Source: Isoptericola halotolerans (GTDB lineage: Bacteria > Actinomycetota > Actinomycetes > Actinomycetales > Cellulomonadaceae). From it: 64,000 nt of DNA. The position numbers and the translations under genes are program-made. Position 1 is the stretch's first letter. Each line of letters begins with the position of its first letter. The stretch lies in NCBI RefSeq assembly GCF_013149785.1, contig NZ_JABEZU010000001.1, positions 620,001 to 684,000 on the forward strand, read 5' to 3'. Shown here in pieces: positions 48,830 through 58,509 of this stretch. A model generated the notes under the pieces. The model was not told where the DNA came from, did no database searches, and saw only the letters and a list, made by a program, of their open reading frames with translations.

Positions 48830-48889
48830 GCCGAACATGTGATGGCGGCCCGTCCCGGACTCGGGACGGGCCGCCATCACATGTTCGGC
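48830..48889. terminator. 28-bp perfect-stem hairpin between convergent trpS and pckG
   Basis: GCCGAACATGTGATGGCGGCCCGTCCCG-GACT-CGGGACGGGCCGCCATCACATGTTCGGC. Confidence 0.75.
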
Positions 48890-48903
48890 GACGGGGGGAG
48901 GGG

Positions 48904-50832
48904 TCAGCGGAGGCGGTCGGCGAGCCGGTCGAGCTGGTCACGCAGAGCCTGCGGGACACGGTCGCCGAAGGTGTCGAAGAACTCCTCCGTCAGCCGGGTC
49001 TCGGCCAGCCAAGCGTCGCCGGGCACGTCGAACAGGGCGGCCAGGTCCTCGTCGGCCAGGTCGAGCCCGCTGACGTCCAGCGCTCCCGGAGCCGGGAGGA
49101 GCCCGACGGGGGACGGGACGGCACCGGAGTCGGTGCGCACGCCCCGGGACCGGTCGATCTGCTCGGTGATCCACTTGACCACGCGGGAGTTCTCCCCGAA
49201 CCCGGGCCAGATGAACGAACCCTCGGCGTCCTTGCGGAACCAGTTGACCTGGAAGACCTTCGGCCGGTGCTCGGAGGACAGCCCGCTGCCCACCCGCAGC
49301 CAGTGCGACCAGTGGTCGGCCATGTTGTAGCCGCAGAACGGCAGCATGGCGAAGGGGTCGCGACGCAGCTCGCCGACGGCACCCTCGGCCGCCGCCGTGC
49401 GCTCGGAGCTGATGGTCGCACCCATGAAGACGCCGTGCTCCCAGCTCGTCGCCTGGGCGACCAGCGGAACGTTCGACGCCCGGCGCCCACCGAAGACGAT
49501 CGCGTCCACCGGCACGCCCGCCGGGTCCTCCCACCCGTCCGCGATGGACGGGCACTGTGCGGCGGCCACCGTGAACCGGGAGTTCGGGTGCGCGGCGGGC
49601 TTGTCGGAGGACGGCGTCCAGTCGTTGCCCTGCCAGTCGATCAGGTGCTCCGGCGGCTCCGCGGTGAGGCCCTCCCACCACACGTCGCCGTCGTCCGTCA
49701 GCGCGACGTTGGTGAAGATGACGTCGTGGGTGAGCGTCTCGATGGCGGTCGGGTTGGTCTCGACGCCCGTGCCCGGCGCGACGCCGAAGAACCCGGCCTC
49801 CGGGTTGATGGCGCGCAGCGAGCCGTCCTGGCCGGGGCGCATCCAGACGATGTCGTCGCCGATGGTCTCGACCGTCCACCCCGGCACGGTCGGCTGCAGC
49901 ATGGCGAGGTTCGTCTTGCCGCACGCGCTGGGGAACGCGGCCGCCAGGTGGTACTGGCGCTGCTCGGGCGAGGTGACCCGGATGAGCAGCATGTGCTCGG
50001 CCAGCCAGCCCTCGTCGCGGGCCATCGCCGAGGCGATGCGCAGCGCGAAGCACTTCTTGCCGAGCAGCGCGTTGCCGCCGTACCCGGAGCCGTAGGACCA
50101 GATCTCCCGGCTCTCGGGGTAGTGGACGATGTACTTCTCGTCGTTGCACGGCCACGCGACGTCCTCGTGCCGCGTGCCGTCGTCCTCGACGAGCGGTGCG
50201 CCCACCGAGTGCACCGCGGGCACCCACTGCCGGCCACCGTCGATGAGGTCGAGCACCTCGCTCGAGACCCGCGTCATGACGTGCATGGAGACGACGACGT
50301 AGGGCGAGTCGGTGACCTCGATGCCGACCTGGGAGATCGGACCCCCGACGGGACCCATGGAGAACGGCACCACGTACATCGTGCGGCCCCGCATCGAGCC
50401 CTCGAAGACGCCGTCCAGCTCGGCACGCATCTCGGCCGGGTCCCGCCAGTTGTTCGTGGGGCCGGCGTCGCCCTCGCGCTCGGAGCAGATGAACGTGCGG
50501 GACTCGACGCGGGCGACGTCCGACGGGTTCGACCGGGCGAGGTAGGAGTTCGGTCGCCTCTCCTCGTTCAGCCTGGTCAGCGTGCCGGCCTCGACCATGC
50601 CGTCGATCAGCCGCTGCTTCTCCTCGGCGGACCCGTCGCACCACACGACGTCGTCCGGCTGGGTCAGCTCGGCGATCTCGGCGACCCAGGCGTGGGGGTC
50701 GCGGGTCGGCACGCTGCCCGACGGCGTCGCCGCGGTCGTGGGGTACCCGGCGGCGTCGGTGCGGTCCAGCAGGTCGGGGACGATCTCGGCGAGCGCGAGG
50801 CGGGTCCGGCGGGGATTGGCGGTGAAGGTCAT
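48904..50832 (-). CDS. pckG: Phosphoenolpyruvate carboxykinase (GTP)
   Basis: [62 protein letters not shown]. Confidence 0.96.
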   Translation of the reverse strand: MTFTANPRRTRLALAEIVPDLLDRTDAAGYPTTAATPSGSVPTRDPHAWVAEIAELTQPDDVVWCDGSAEEKQRLIDGMVEAGTLTRLNEERRPNSYLARSNPSDVARVESRTFICSEREGDAGPTNNWRDPAEMRAELDGVFEGSMRGRTMYVVPFSMGPVGGPISQVGIEVTDSPYVVVSMHVMTRVSSEVLDLIDGGRQWVPAVHSVGAPLVEDDGTRHEDVAWPCNDEKYIVHYPESREIWSYGSGYGGNALLGKKCFALRIASAMARDEGWLAEHMLLIRVTSPEQRQYHLAAAFPSACGKTNLAMLQPTVPGWTVETIGDDIVWMRPGQDGSLRAINPEAGFFGVAPGTGVETNPTAIETLTHDVIFTNVALTDDGDVWWEGLTAEPPEHLIDWQGNDWTPSSDKPAAHPNSRFTVAAAQCPSIADGWEDPAGVPVDAIVFGGRRASNVPLVAQATSWEHGVFMGATISSERTAAAEGAVGELRRDPFAMLPFCGYNMADHWSHWLRVGSGLSSEHRPKVFQVNWFRKDAEGSFIWPGFGENSRVVKWITEQIDRSRGVRTDSGAVPSPVGLLPAPGALDVSGLDLADEDLAALFDVPGDAWLAETRLTEEFFDTFGDRVPQALRDQLDRLADRLR

Positions 50833-50925
50833 CGGTGCTCCTGGATCGACGCGGGTCCCGCCCGGGGGGCGAGGTCTCTGTTCTCACCCTGGACCCGAAC
50901 AGGCGGCCCTTTCCACCAAGTCGGC

Positions 50926-50959
50926 CGTGAAGATTCGCAGATCTTCACGTAACGTGAAG
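50926..50959. promoter_or_regulatory. Overlapping double palindrome between divergent pckG and regulator
   Basis: CGTGAAGAT-N6-ATCTTCACG and CTTCACGT-A-ACGTGAAG; overlaps the -10 TAACGT-N6-ATG. Confidence 0.7.
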
Positions 50960-50961
50960 CC

Positions 50962-52443
50962 ATGACCGTAGCAACGCCGTCGGACACCCCGGACCTCATC
51001 ACCCTGGGCCGGCGCATCCGGCACGCCCGCACCTCCCGCGGGCTCACGTTGGACGGCCTGGGCCGGTCGGTGGACTGCGCACCCAGCCTGCTCTCGCTGA
51101 TCGAGAACGGGCGCCGTGAGCCACGGCTCTCGCTGCTGCGTGCGCTCGCCGAGGCGCTCGGCGTGACCCTGGCCGACCTGCTCGCCGACGAGCCGCCGTC
51201 GCGTCGCGCCGAGCTCGAGATCGCCCTGGAGCGGGCTCAGCGCGGTCCCCTCTTCGGTGCGCTCGGGCTGCCGGCGGTCCGGCCGAGCCAGAAGCTGCCC
51301 GTCCCGGTGCTCGAGCAGCTCGTCGGCCTGCACGTCGAGCTCGCCCGGCGGGAGGAGGAGGCCATCGCCACGCCCGAGGAGGCCCGGCGCGCCAACACCG
51401 TGCTGCGCACGGAGCGCCAGGAGCGTGACAACCACATGCCGCAGATCGAGGCGGTGGCCCACGACATGACGCGCCGCGCCGGCTACACCGGGGGAGCGCT
51501 GACCCACCGGACCGTGGCCCGCATCGCCGAGGACCTGGGGCTGACGATCCTGCACGTGGACGACCTGCCGCGCTCCGCGCGCTCGGTGACCGACTGGAAG
51601 AACGGCCGCATCTACCTTCCGCCGGCCTCGATCCCCGGGGGTCACGGGCTGCGATCTCTCGCGCTGCAGGCGATCGGGCACCGCGTGCTCGGCCACGAGC
51701 GTCCCCGGTCCTACGGCGAGTTCCTGCGTCAGCGCGTCGAGATCACCTACTTCGCCGCGGCCTGCCTGATCCCGGAACCCGCTGCGGTGGAGTTCCTGAC
51801 CCAGCGCAAGCGCCAGAAGGACCTCGCGGTGGAGGACTTCCGGGACGCGTTCGGCGTCACCCACGAGGCCGCCGCGATGCGCCTGACGAACCTCGCCACG
51901 GTGCACCTGGGCATCCCCCTGCACTTCCTGCGGGTGGGCGACGACGGCGCCCTGTTCCGCGGGTACGCCAACGACGGCATCCCGTTGCCCCAGGACGTCA
52001 CCGGCGCCATCGAGGGGCAGCTGGTGTGCCGGTGGTGGCCGGCGCGCGAGGCGTTCCGCCGACGGGACCGCGCCACGGAGTCCTACCAGTACACCGACAC
52101 GCCGGCGGGGACCTTCTGGGACTCGGTGCAGACGGGGACGGCGGCGGACGGCCGGCAGTTCTCCATCACGGTCGGCGTGCCGTACGTGCACGCGAAGTGG
52201 TTCCGGGGCCGCGACACGCAGGTGCGCCACACCTCGACGTGCCCGGACCCCGCCTGCTGCCAGCGGCCGCCGTCGGACCTCACCGAACGCTGGCAGGCGC
52301 ACTCCTGGCCGAGCGCCCGCATGCACCAGCAGGTGCTCGCGGCCCTGCCGCGCGGGGTGTTCCCCGGGGTGGACGACACGGACGTCTACCGTTTCCTGGA
52401 GCGGCACGCCCCGGCGGACGACGACGGGCGACCGGCGGGATGA
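50962..52443 (+). CDS. XRE-family regulator, RamB/PrpR (ScfR)-like
   Basis: LGRRIRHAR..LSLIENGRREP HTH, YFAAACLIP, FGVTHE, C-terminal CPDPACC. Confidence 0.85.
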   Translation: MTVATPSDTPDLITLGRRIRHARTSRGLTLDGLGRSVDCAPSLLSLIENGRREPRLSLLRALAEALGVTLADLLADEPPSRRAELEIALERAQRGPLFGALGLPAVRPSQKLPVPVLEQLVGLHVELARREEEAIATPEEARRANTVLRTERQERDNHMPQIEAVAHDMTRRAGYTGGALTHRTVARIAEDLGLTILHVDDLPRSARSVTDWKNGRIYLPPASIPGGHGLRSLALQAIGHRVLGHERPRSYGEFLRQRVEITYFAAACLIPEPAAVEFLTQRKRQKDLAVEDFRDAFGVTHEAAAMRLTNLATVHLGIPLHFLRVGDDGALFRGYANDGIPLPQDVTGAIEGQLVCRWWPAREAFRRRDRATESYQYTDTPAGTFWDSVQTGTAADGRQFSITVGVPYVHAKWFRGRDTQVRHTSTCPDPACCQRPPSDLTERWQAHSWPSARMHQQVLAALPRGVFPGVDDTDVYRFLERHAPADDDGRPAG

Positions 52444-53051
52444 GCACGCTGCTCGTCCGGGTCGCGGCCCTGCCGGGAGGGCGGACCTCGCCGGCCTACC
52501 GGGACGTCCGCACGGCGCTGCTGGACAGCGTCCTCACCGCGGCCGGCCTCGACCTCGGTGGGGCGGTCGCCGTCCTGCGGCGTCGCTGCCTCACGTGCGG
52601 CGGGACCGATCACGGCAAGCCCGAGGTCCCGGCGGCGCTGGCGGCGGGCTGGCACATCGGCGTGGCGCACACCGCGACCCGGGTGGTCGTGGCGGCGTCC
52701 GGTGCCGGTCCGTGCGGTGTCGACGTCGAGGACGTCGACGCGGTCGCCCGGGCGCCCGTGGCGCCGGTGCTGCTCGCGCCCGAGGAGCGGGCGGACGCCG
52801 GTGCGGAGTCGGTAGAACGGCTCGCGCGGACCTGGGTCCGCAAGGAGGCGCTCCTGAAGGCCGTGGGCCACGGGCTGGCCGTGGACCCCGCGTCGGTGGT
52901 CCTCGACGGCGAGCAGCGTGCTCCGCGGGTCGTGCGCTGGGCGGGTCCCGGTCGTGCGCCGGTGCCGGCGGCCTGGGTGGAGGACGACCTGCCCGCGACC
53001 CTGGGCGTGCCGCGCGCGCTGGTCAGCGCCGTCGCGCTGCGCGCGCCCTGA
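52440..53051 (+). CDS. Sfp-type 4'-phosphopantetheinyl transferase
   Basis: CLTCGGTDHGKP, GVDVE, WVRKEALLKA; ATGA overlap with the regulator. Confidence 0.88.
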   Translation: MSTLLVRVAALPGGRTSPAYRDVRTALLDSVLTAAGLDLGGAVAVLRRRCLTCGGTDHGKPEVPAALAAGWHIGVAHTATRVVVAASGAGPCGVDVEDVDAVARAPVAPVLLAPEERADAGAESVERLARTWVRKEALLKAVGHGLAVDPASVVLDGEQRAPRVVRWAGPGRAPVPAAWVEDDLPATLGVPRALVSAVALRAP

Positions 53052-54387
53052 GACCGGCGCCGCGGGAGCCGGGTTCCCCGCCCGACGGCAGGTCCGGCAG
53101 CTCGGCGTCGTCGAGCCAGCGGTCCAGCAGCTCGTCGAGGCCGTCCGGGGCCGCCGCCACCTCGAGCACCAGCGACCGCAGGTCCGCCGTCGTGGCGTGG
53201 CCGTGCCGGTGCCGACCGGTCCAGGTCTGCAGGAGCTCGAAGAAGGCGTCGTCGCCGAGCGTCAGGCGCAGCGCGTGCAGCGTGAGCGCCCCGCGCTTGT
53301 ACAGCCGGTCGTCGAACATGAGGTCGGGCCCCGGGTCGGCGATGACCAGGTCCTGCTCGAGCACGGCGAGCCGGCCGTGGTGCTCGCGGGCGACCTGGTC
53401 CGCCGTCGGGCCTCCCGACCCCTCCGACCACAGCCACTCCGCGTAGCAGGCGAACCCCTCGTTGAGCCAGATGTCGCGCCACGCCCGCACCGAGACGCTG
53501 TTGCCGAACCACTGGTGGGCGAGCTCGTGGGCGACGAGGCGGTCGGAGCCCTTGCTCCCGTCCAGGTGGTTCGCGCCGAACACCGAGACCCCGTGCGCCT
53601 CGAGCGGGATCTCGAGCGGGTCGGACGTGACCACGACCGTGTACTCGGCGAACGGGTACGGCCCGAAGAGGCCCTCGAACAGGGAGAAGAGCTCGTCGTG
53701 CCGATCCAGGTCGTGCGCGACGTCGGCGGCCTGGCCCGCAGGCCGGGCCACGCGGGCACGGTCGCCCAGGGCCGCGACGTCGTACGGGCCCACCTGCACC
53801 GTGGCGAGGTAGGAGCACATCGGCTCGGTGCGCTCGAACGTCCAGGTGCGGGTCCCGGCCCGGCGGGTGACCGTGCGGAGGGGCGCGTTGGCGACCACGG
53901 TGTACGGGGCGTCGGTCGTGACCGACAGGTCGTACGTCGCCTTGTACCCGGGGTGGTCGTTGCAGGGGAACCAGGTGGGCGCACCCGTGGGCTGCCCGGC
54001 GACGAGCGCTCCCTCGGTCAGCTCCTCCCAGCCGACGTCGCCCCAGGGACCCGTGGCCGGTGCCGGGTTCCCGGCGTAGGCGACGGACACCGCTGCGGTG
54101 CCTCCGGCCTCCAGGGCGTCGGCGAGGCGGACCCGGACGGAGCCCTTGCGCTGGGAGTGGCGGACGCGGACCCCGTCGACCTCGACGCGGGAGACGCGCA
54201 GGCCCACGAGGTCGAGCTGCAGCTCGTCGAGCGCGCCGAGTGCGCGCACGGCCAGGCGGGCGCGGCCCTCGAGCCGGTTCGGTTCCACGCGGTAGCGCAG
54301 ATCCAGGTCGTAGTGGTCGACGACGTAGTCGCGCGACCCGTGGTGCGGCACGTAGGGGTCGGGGTCGCTCGCGCGGCTGTGCAGCAT
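53023..54387 (-). CDS. M1-family zinc aminopeptidase
   Basis: WFPCND, HELAHQWFGN...WLNEGFA, YKRGA; ATG 54387. Confidence 0.92.
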   Translation of the reverse strand: MLHSRASDPDPYVPHHGSRDYVVDHYDLDLRYRVEPNRLEGRARLAVRALGALDELQLDLVGLRVSRVEVDGVRVRHSQRKGSVRVRLADALEAGGTAAVSVAYAGNPAPATGPWGDVGWEELTEGALVAGQPTGAPTWFPCNDHPGYKATYDLSVTTDAPYTVVANAPLRTVTRRAGTRTWTFERTEPMCSYLATVQVGPYDVAALGDRARVARPAGQAADVAHDLDRHDELFSLFEGLFGPYPFAEYTVVVTSDPLEIPLEAHGVSVFGANHLDGSKGSDRLVAHELAHQWFGNSVSVRAWRDIWLNEGFACYAEWLWSEGSGGPTADQVAREHHGRLAVLEQDLVIADPGPDLMFDDRLYKRGALTLHALRLTLGDDAFFELLQTWTGRHRHGHATTADLRSLVLEVAAAPDGLDELLDRWLDDAELPDLPSGGEPGSRGAGLRARAARRR

Positions 54388-54398
54388 GGTCGGTGAGC

Positions 54399-57300
54399 CT
54401 ATCCGTCCTGGGTCGCCGGCCACGGCGAGACCGGGTTGCCGTGCCAGCGCGAGCCCGCGGGAAGCACCTCGCCCCGCATCACCAGGGATGCGGGGCCCGC
54501 CACGGCCGTGCGTCCCAGGCGGGTGGCGGGCAGCACCACCGAGTGCGGCCCGACGGTCGCGCCGGGCAGGAGCTCGACCGTGTCCAGGCTCATCACCCGG
54601 TCGTGGAACAGGTGGGTCTGCAGCACGGTGCCGCGGCCGACGACGGAGCCGTCGCCGAGGCGTACCAGGTCGCCCTCGGGCAGCCAGTACGTCTCGCACC
54701 ACACGCCGCGGCCCACCTGCACGCCCATGGTGCGCAGCCAGCCGGTGAGCAGCGAGGTACCCGTGACGTGGTTCGCGAACCACGGGGCGGCCACCACCTC
54801 GGTGAAGGTGTCGGCGAGCTCGTTGCGCCACACGAAGCTGCTCCACAGCGGATGGTCGCCGGCCCGGAACCGGCCGACCAGCAGCCACTTGGCGGCCGAC
54901 GTCAGGAGGGCGGCGAGGAGGCCCCCGGCGAGCAGCGCCGGCCCGGCCAGAAGGCCCGCCGCCCCCCAGCCCGCGGCGCGGGCCGCCTCGAGCACGACGG
55001 TCACGACCGCGGCGGCGAGCCCGGCCGAGACGACCACGGCCGACAGCCGGAGCACCTCGACGGCACCGCGAGCCCACAGCAGCCGTCGGTTCGGGTTGAA
55101 GGTCAGCCCTTCGTCGGACTCGTCGGCCGTCGCGCGGCGCAGCAGGACCGGGGGGCTGCCGATCCAGGAAGAGCCCTTGCGCGCCTTGTGCGGTGCAGCG
55201 GACAGGACGGCGACGAGCCCGTTCTTGGGCACGCTGCGGCCGGGCGCGGTGATGCCGGAGTTGCCGAGGAACGCTCTGCGCCCGACCTTGGCACGGGCCA
55301 CGCGCATCCATCCGCCACCCAGCTCGTAGGGCGCCACCATGGTGTCGTCGGCGAGGAAGGCGCCGTCGGAGGCCTCCATCATCGACGGGATCCCCACGAC
55401 GGTCGACGCCTCGACGTGCTTGCCCATCCGGGCGCCGAGCAGGCGCAACCACCCCGGTGTGAACACGCTCGAGTAGAGCGGGAAGAGCGCGGTGCGGGCC
55501 GAGTCCATGACGCGCTCGGTGGACCACGCCTGCCAGCCGACGCGGCTGCGCACGGGATGGTATCCCGCGGTCATGCCCAGGCTGAGGACGCGGACGAGCG
55601 CGAGCGTGAGCAGCGCGTAGGTCGCGAACGCCGCGAGAGCTGCGGCCGGGAGCCGGGCGGCGGCGGCCACCATCACGTCCGCCGGCGTGGGCGTACCGGC
55701 CGGCGGGGGGCCCGCGAGCAGCACGAGCGCCCCGACGGTGACGGCGGCCACGGGCAGCAGGGACAGCAGGACACCGCCCACGCCGTAGAGGACCACCCAG
55801 GCCGGGCCCCGGTCCGGGCGCCCGTCCGGCCACGGGTGCTTGACCTGGCTGCGGCGGCGGGTCGCGGGCGATCCCTCCCAGTACTCGTTGCGGCCCGTGG
55901 AGCCGACGACGGCGGACCCGGCCGCCACGTCGGTGCCACGGCGGACACGTGCCCCCGGCAGCAGGACGCTGCGCGCGCCGATGGTGGCGCCGCGGCCGAT
56001 GGTGATCGGGCCGAGGTGGAGCACGTCGCCCTCGATCCAGTGCCCGGAGAGGTCGACCTCCGGCTCGACGGCGGCGCCGTCACCGATCCGCAGCATGCCG
56101 GTGACCGGCGGCAGGGTGTGCAGGTCGACACCGCGGCCGATGCGCGCGCCCAGGGCCCGGGCGTAGAGACCCACGAGCGGGGCGGCCGAGACCGTGATGC
56201 CGCCGAGGGCGTCGACGAGCCGTTCGGCCAGCCAGAGTCGTCGGTGCACCGAGCCCCCTCGGGGGTGGTCCCCGGCACGCACGCCACGCAGCAGGACCCG
56301 GGCCCCGAGGGCGGCGAGGGCCAACCGGCCCAGCGGCGTCACGAGCAGCAACCAGGCGAGGATCACGCCGGCCGCGGGCACAGCCGGGACACCGTCCACC
56401 ATCCGCGCGGTACCGGACCCGGGATCGAGGACCCCGACGTCGACGGCGCCCCGGGTGGCGACCACGGCCAGCGCGGTCCAGGTGGCCCAGCGCAGGCCCG
56501 AGACCACTCGGAGCGCCACGAGCATCACCTGCTGGAAAAGGTGCGTGCCGGGCGCCGTCAAGGGGACCGGCGCGGTGGGGTCCGCGGCCGGTTCGAGGTC
56601 GGCGAGCCCGTACGTCGCCTCGAGATGCTCGGCGAGCTCGGCGACGGTGGGGTGGGCGTAGAGGTCGGCGACCGTGGCGGCGGGGTAGCGCTCGCGGACG
56701 GACGAGACGACCTGGGCGGCCGTGAGGCTTCCACCACCGAGGTCGAAGAAGTCGTCGTCGGGGTTCGCGGGAGCGACGCCGAGCACCGCCGACCAGCGAT
56801 CGGCGAGCCAGACGGCGGTCGGCCCGCCGAGGTCGGAGCCGCTGTCGGGTGGCGTTCCCCCGCCTGGTTCGACGAGCGGCCAGGGCAGTGCGTCGCGGTC
56901 GACCTTGCCGCTGGTGCGGGTCGGGATCTCGTCGACGACGCCGAGCAGCGGAACGAGCGCCGCGGGGAGCACGTCGCGCAGGTGGGCGGTCAGGGCGTGG
57001 GCGTCGAAGGTGGCCGGGTCGGTCGGCACGACGTAGCCCACGATCACCTGGTTGCCGGCACCGGACCGGCGGACGGCGGCGGCCGCGGCCGAGACCTGCG
57101 GGTCGGCGAGCAGGGCGGCGTCGATCTCTCCCAGCTCGATGCGCCGGCCGCCGACCTTGACCTGGTCGTCGGCGCGTCCCACGAACAGCAGCCCGGCCGG
57201 GTCGTTGACCACCAGGTCGCCCGACCGGTACGCGCGCTCCCAGCCGAGCGAGGGCAGCGGGGCGTACTTCTCGGCGTCCTTGACGGGGTCGAGGTAGCGG

Positions 57301-58385
57301 CCGAGCCCGACGCCGCCGATCACGAGCTCACCGGTCGCGCCCGCGGGGACGGGCTCCCCGGCGTCGTCCACCACGACGAGGTCCCAGCCCTCGAGCGGGA
57401 GGCCGATCCGGATCTCGCCCGTCCCGTCGAGCGGCGCCGCGCAGGCCACGACGGTCGCCTCGGTGGGGCCGTAGGTGTTCCACACCTCGCGGTCCGGCCC
57501 GACGAGCCGTGCCGCCAGCTCGGGCGGCACGGCCTCGCCGCCGAAGATGAGCAGCCGGACCCGTTCCAGGTCGGAGGCGGGCAGCAGCCCGGCGAGCGTG
57601 GGGACGGTCGAGATCACGGTGATGCCCCGGTCGGCGACCCACGGACCCAGGTCGAGCCCGGTGCGCACCAGCGCGCGGTCGGCCGGGACGAGGCAGGCGC
57701 CGTGGCGCCATGCCAGCCACATCTCCTCGCAGCTCGCGTCGAACGCCACGGACAGGCCCGCCAGCACGCGGTCGCCCGGGCCCAGCGGTGCCTGCTGCAG
57801 GAAGAGGCGGGCCTCGGCGTCGACGAAGGCGGCCGCGCTGCGGTGGGTGACGGCCACGCCCTTCGGGACGCCGGTCGACCCGGAGGTGAAGATGATCCAG
57901 GCGTCGTCCTCGGGTCGGGGCGGTGCAGGGGCGTCGGTGCTCGCGAGGTCGTCGGGGTCGACGACGGCGGCAGCGCCGTCCGGGAGGGCATGGCCCGGCC
58001 CGGGGACGACCTCGCCGTCGTCGCCCACCACGGCGACGACCCCGGCCTCGCCGAAGACGAGCTCGGCTCGTTCGGCCGGGTCGTCGCGGTCGACGGGCAC
58101 GTAGGCGGCACCGGCGTGCAGGACCGCGAGGATCGACAGGTAGAGGTCCGCACGGCCGGACGTGGCACGCACGCCGACGCGATCTCCGCGCCGGACGCCG
58201 TGACGGGCCAGCGCCGTCGCCCGCGACCGCACCTCCGCGTGGAGGTCGGTGTAGCTCCAGGTCCTGGCGTCGTCCTCGATGGCCGGGGCGTCCGGGTAGG
58301 TGGCGGCGGTGCTCGCCAGGACGTCGACGAGGGTACGGACGGAGGGTGTGCGGTCGCTCGCGAGCAGGGACGAGGTCGGGGACAC
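54399..58385 (-). CDS. Pls/PosA-family membrane NRPS-like poly(amino acid) synthetase (A-T-TM-three acyltransferase-like domains)
   Basis: FTSGSTGVPKG, AFDASCEEMW, NTYGPTE, YRSGD, RIELGEI, SGKVDR; T domain FFDLGGGSL; TM segments alternating with three hexapeptide-like repeats (LGARIGRG, LGARMGKH, MGVQVGRG); start 58385 (SD GAGAGG) or 58424. Confidence 0.92.
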   Translation of the reverse strand: MSPTSSLLASDRTPSVRTLVDVLASTAATYPDAPAIEDDARTWSYTDLHAEVRSRATALARHGVRRGDRVGVRATSGRADLYLSILAVLHAGAAYVPVDRDDPAERAELVFGEAGVVAVVGDDGEVVPGPGHALPDGAAAVVDPDDLASTDAPAPPRPEDDAWIIFTSGSTGVPKGVAVTHRSAAAFVDAEARLFLQQAPLGPGDRVLAGLSVAFDASCEEMWLAWRHGACLVPADRALVRTGLDLGPWVADRGITVISTVPTLAGLLPASDLERVRLLIFGGEAVPPELAARLVGPDREVWNTYGPTEATVVACAAPLDGTGEIRIGLPLEGWDLVVVDDAGEPVPAGATGELVIGGVGLGRYLDPVKDAEKYAPLPSLGWERAYRSGDLVVNDPAGLLFVGRADDQVKVGGRRIELGEIDAALLADPQVSAAAAAVRRSGAGNQVIVGYVVPTDPATFDAHALTAHLRDVLPAALVPLLGVVDEIPTRTSGKVDRDALPWPLVEPGGGTPPDSGSDLGGPTAVWLADRWSAVLGVAPANPDDDFFDLGGGSLTAAQVVSSVRERYPAATVADLYAHPTVAELAEHLEATYGLADLEPAADPTAPVPLTAPGTHLFQQVMLVALRVVSGLRWATWTALAVVATRGAVDVGVLDPGSGTARMVDGVPAVPAAGVILAWLLLVTPLGRLALAALGARVLLRGVRAGDHPRGGSVHRRLWLAERLVDALGGITVSAAPLVGLYARALGARIGRGVDLHTLPPVTGMLRIGDGAAVEPEVDLSGHWIEGDVLHLGPITIGRGATIGARSVLLPGARVRRGTDVAAGSAVVGSTGRNEYWEGSPATRRRSQVKHPWPDGRPDRGPAWVVLYGVGGVLLSLLPVAAVTVGALVLLAGPPPAGTPTPADVMVAAAARLPAAALAAFATYALLTLALVRVLSLGMTAGYHPVRSRVGWQAWSTERVMDSARTALFPLYSSVFTPGWLRLLGARMGKHVEASTVVGIPSMMEASDGAFLADDTMVAPYELGGGWMRVARAKVGRRAFLGNSGITAPGRSVPKNGLVAVLSAAPHKARKGSSWIGSPPVLLRRATADESDEGLTFNPNRRLLWARGAVEVLRLSAVVVSAGLAAAVVTVVLEAARAAGWGAAGLLAGPALLAGGLLAALLTSAAKWLLVGRFRAGDHPLWSSFVWRNELADTFTEVVAAPWFANHVTGTSLLTGWLRTMGVQVGRGVWCETYWLPEGDLVRLGDGSVVGRGTVLQTHLFHDRVMSLDTVELLPGATVGPHSVVLPATRLGRTAVAGPASLVMRGEVLPAGSRWHGNPVSPWPATQDG

Positions 58386-58509
58386 ACGGGTCCTCTCGAG
58401 GTGGCCGAACGGGTGCGCCTTCACCCGGATCGTATGTTCCGGCGTCGCGCACCGCTCGTCGTGTCCGCGGGCGCCGTGCGTCGAGCCTCGGCCCTCGTGC
58501 GGCGCGTGC

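Noticed and set aside
53023..55833. 936-aa ORF as one protein
   Set aside because: Only the part from ATG 54387 is the M1 peptidase; the rest overlaps Pls in another frame
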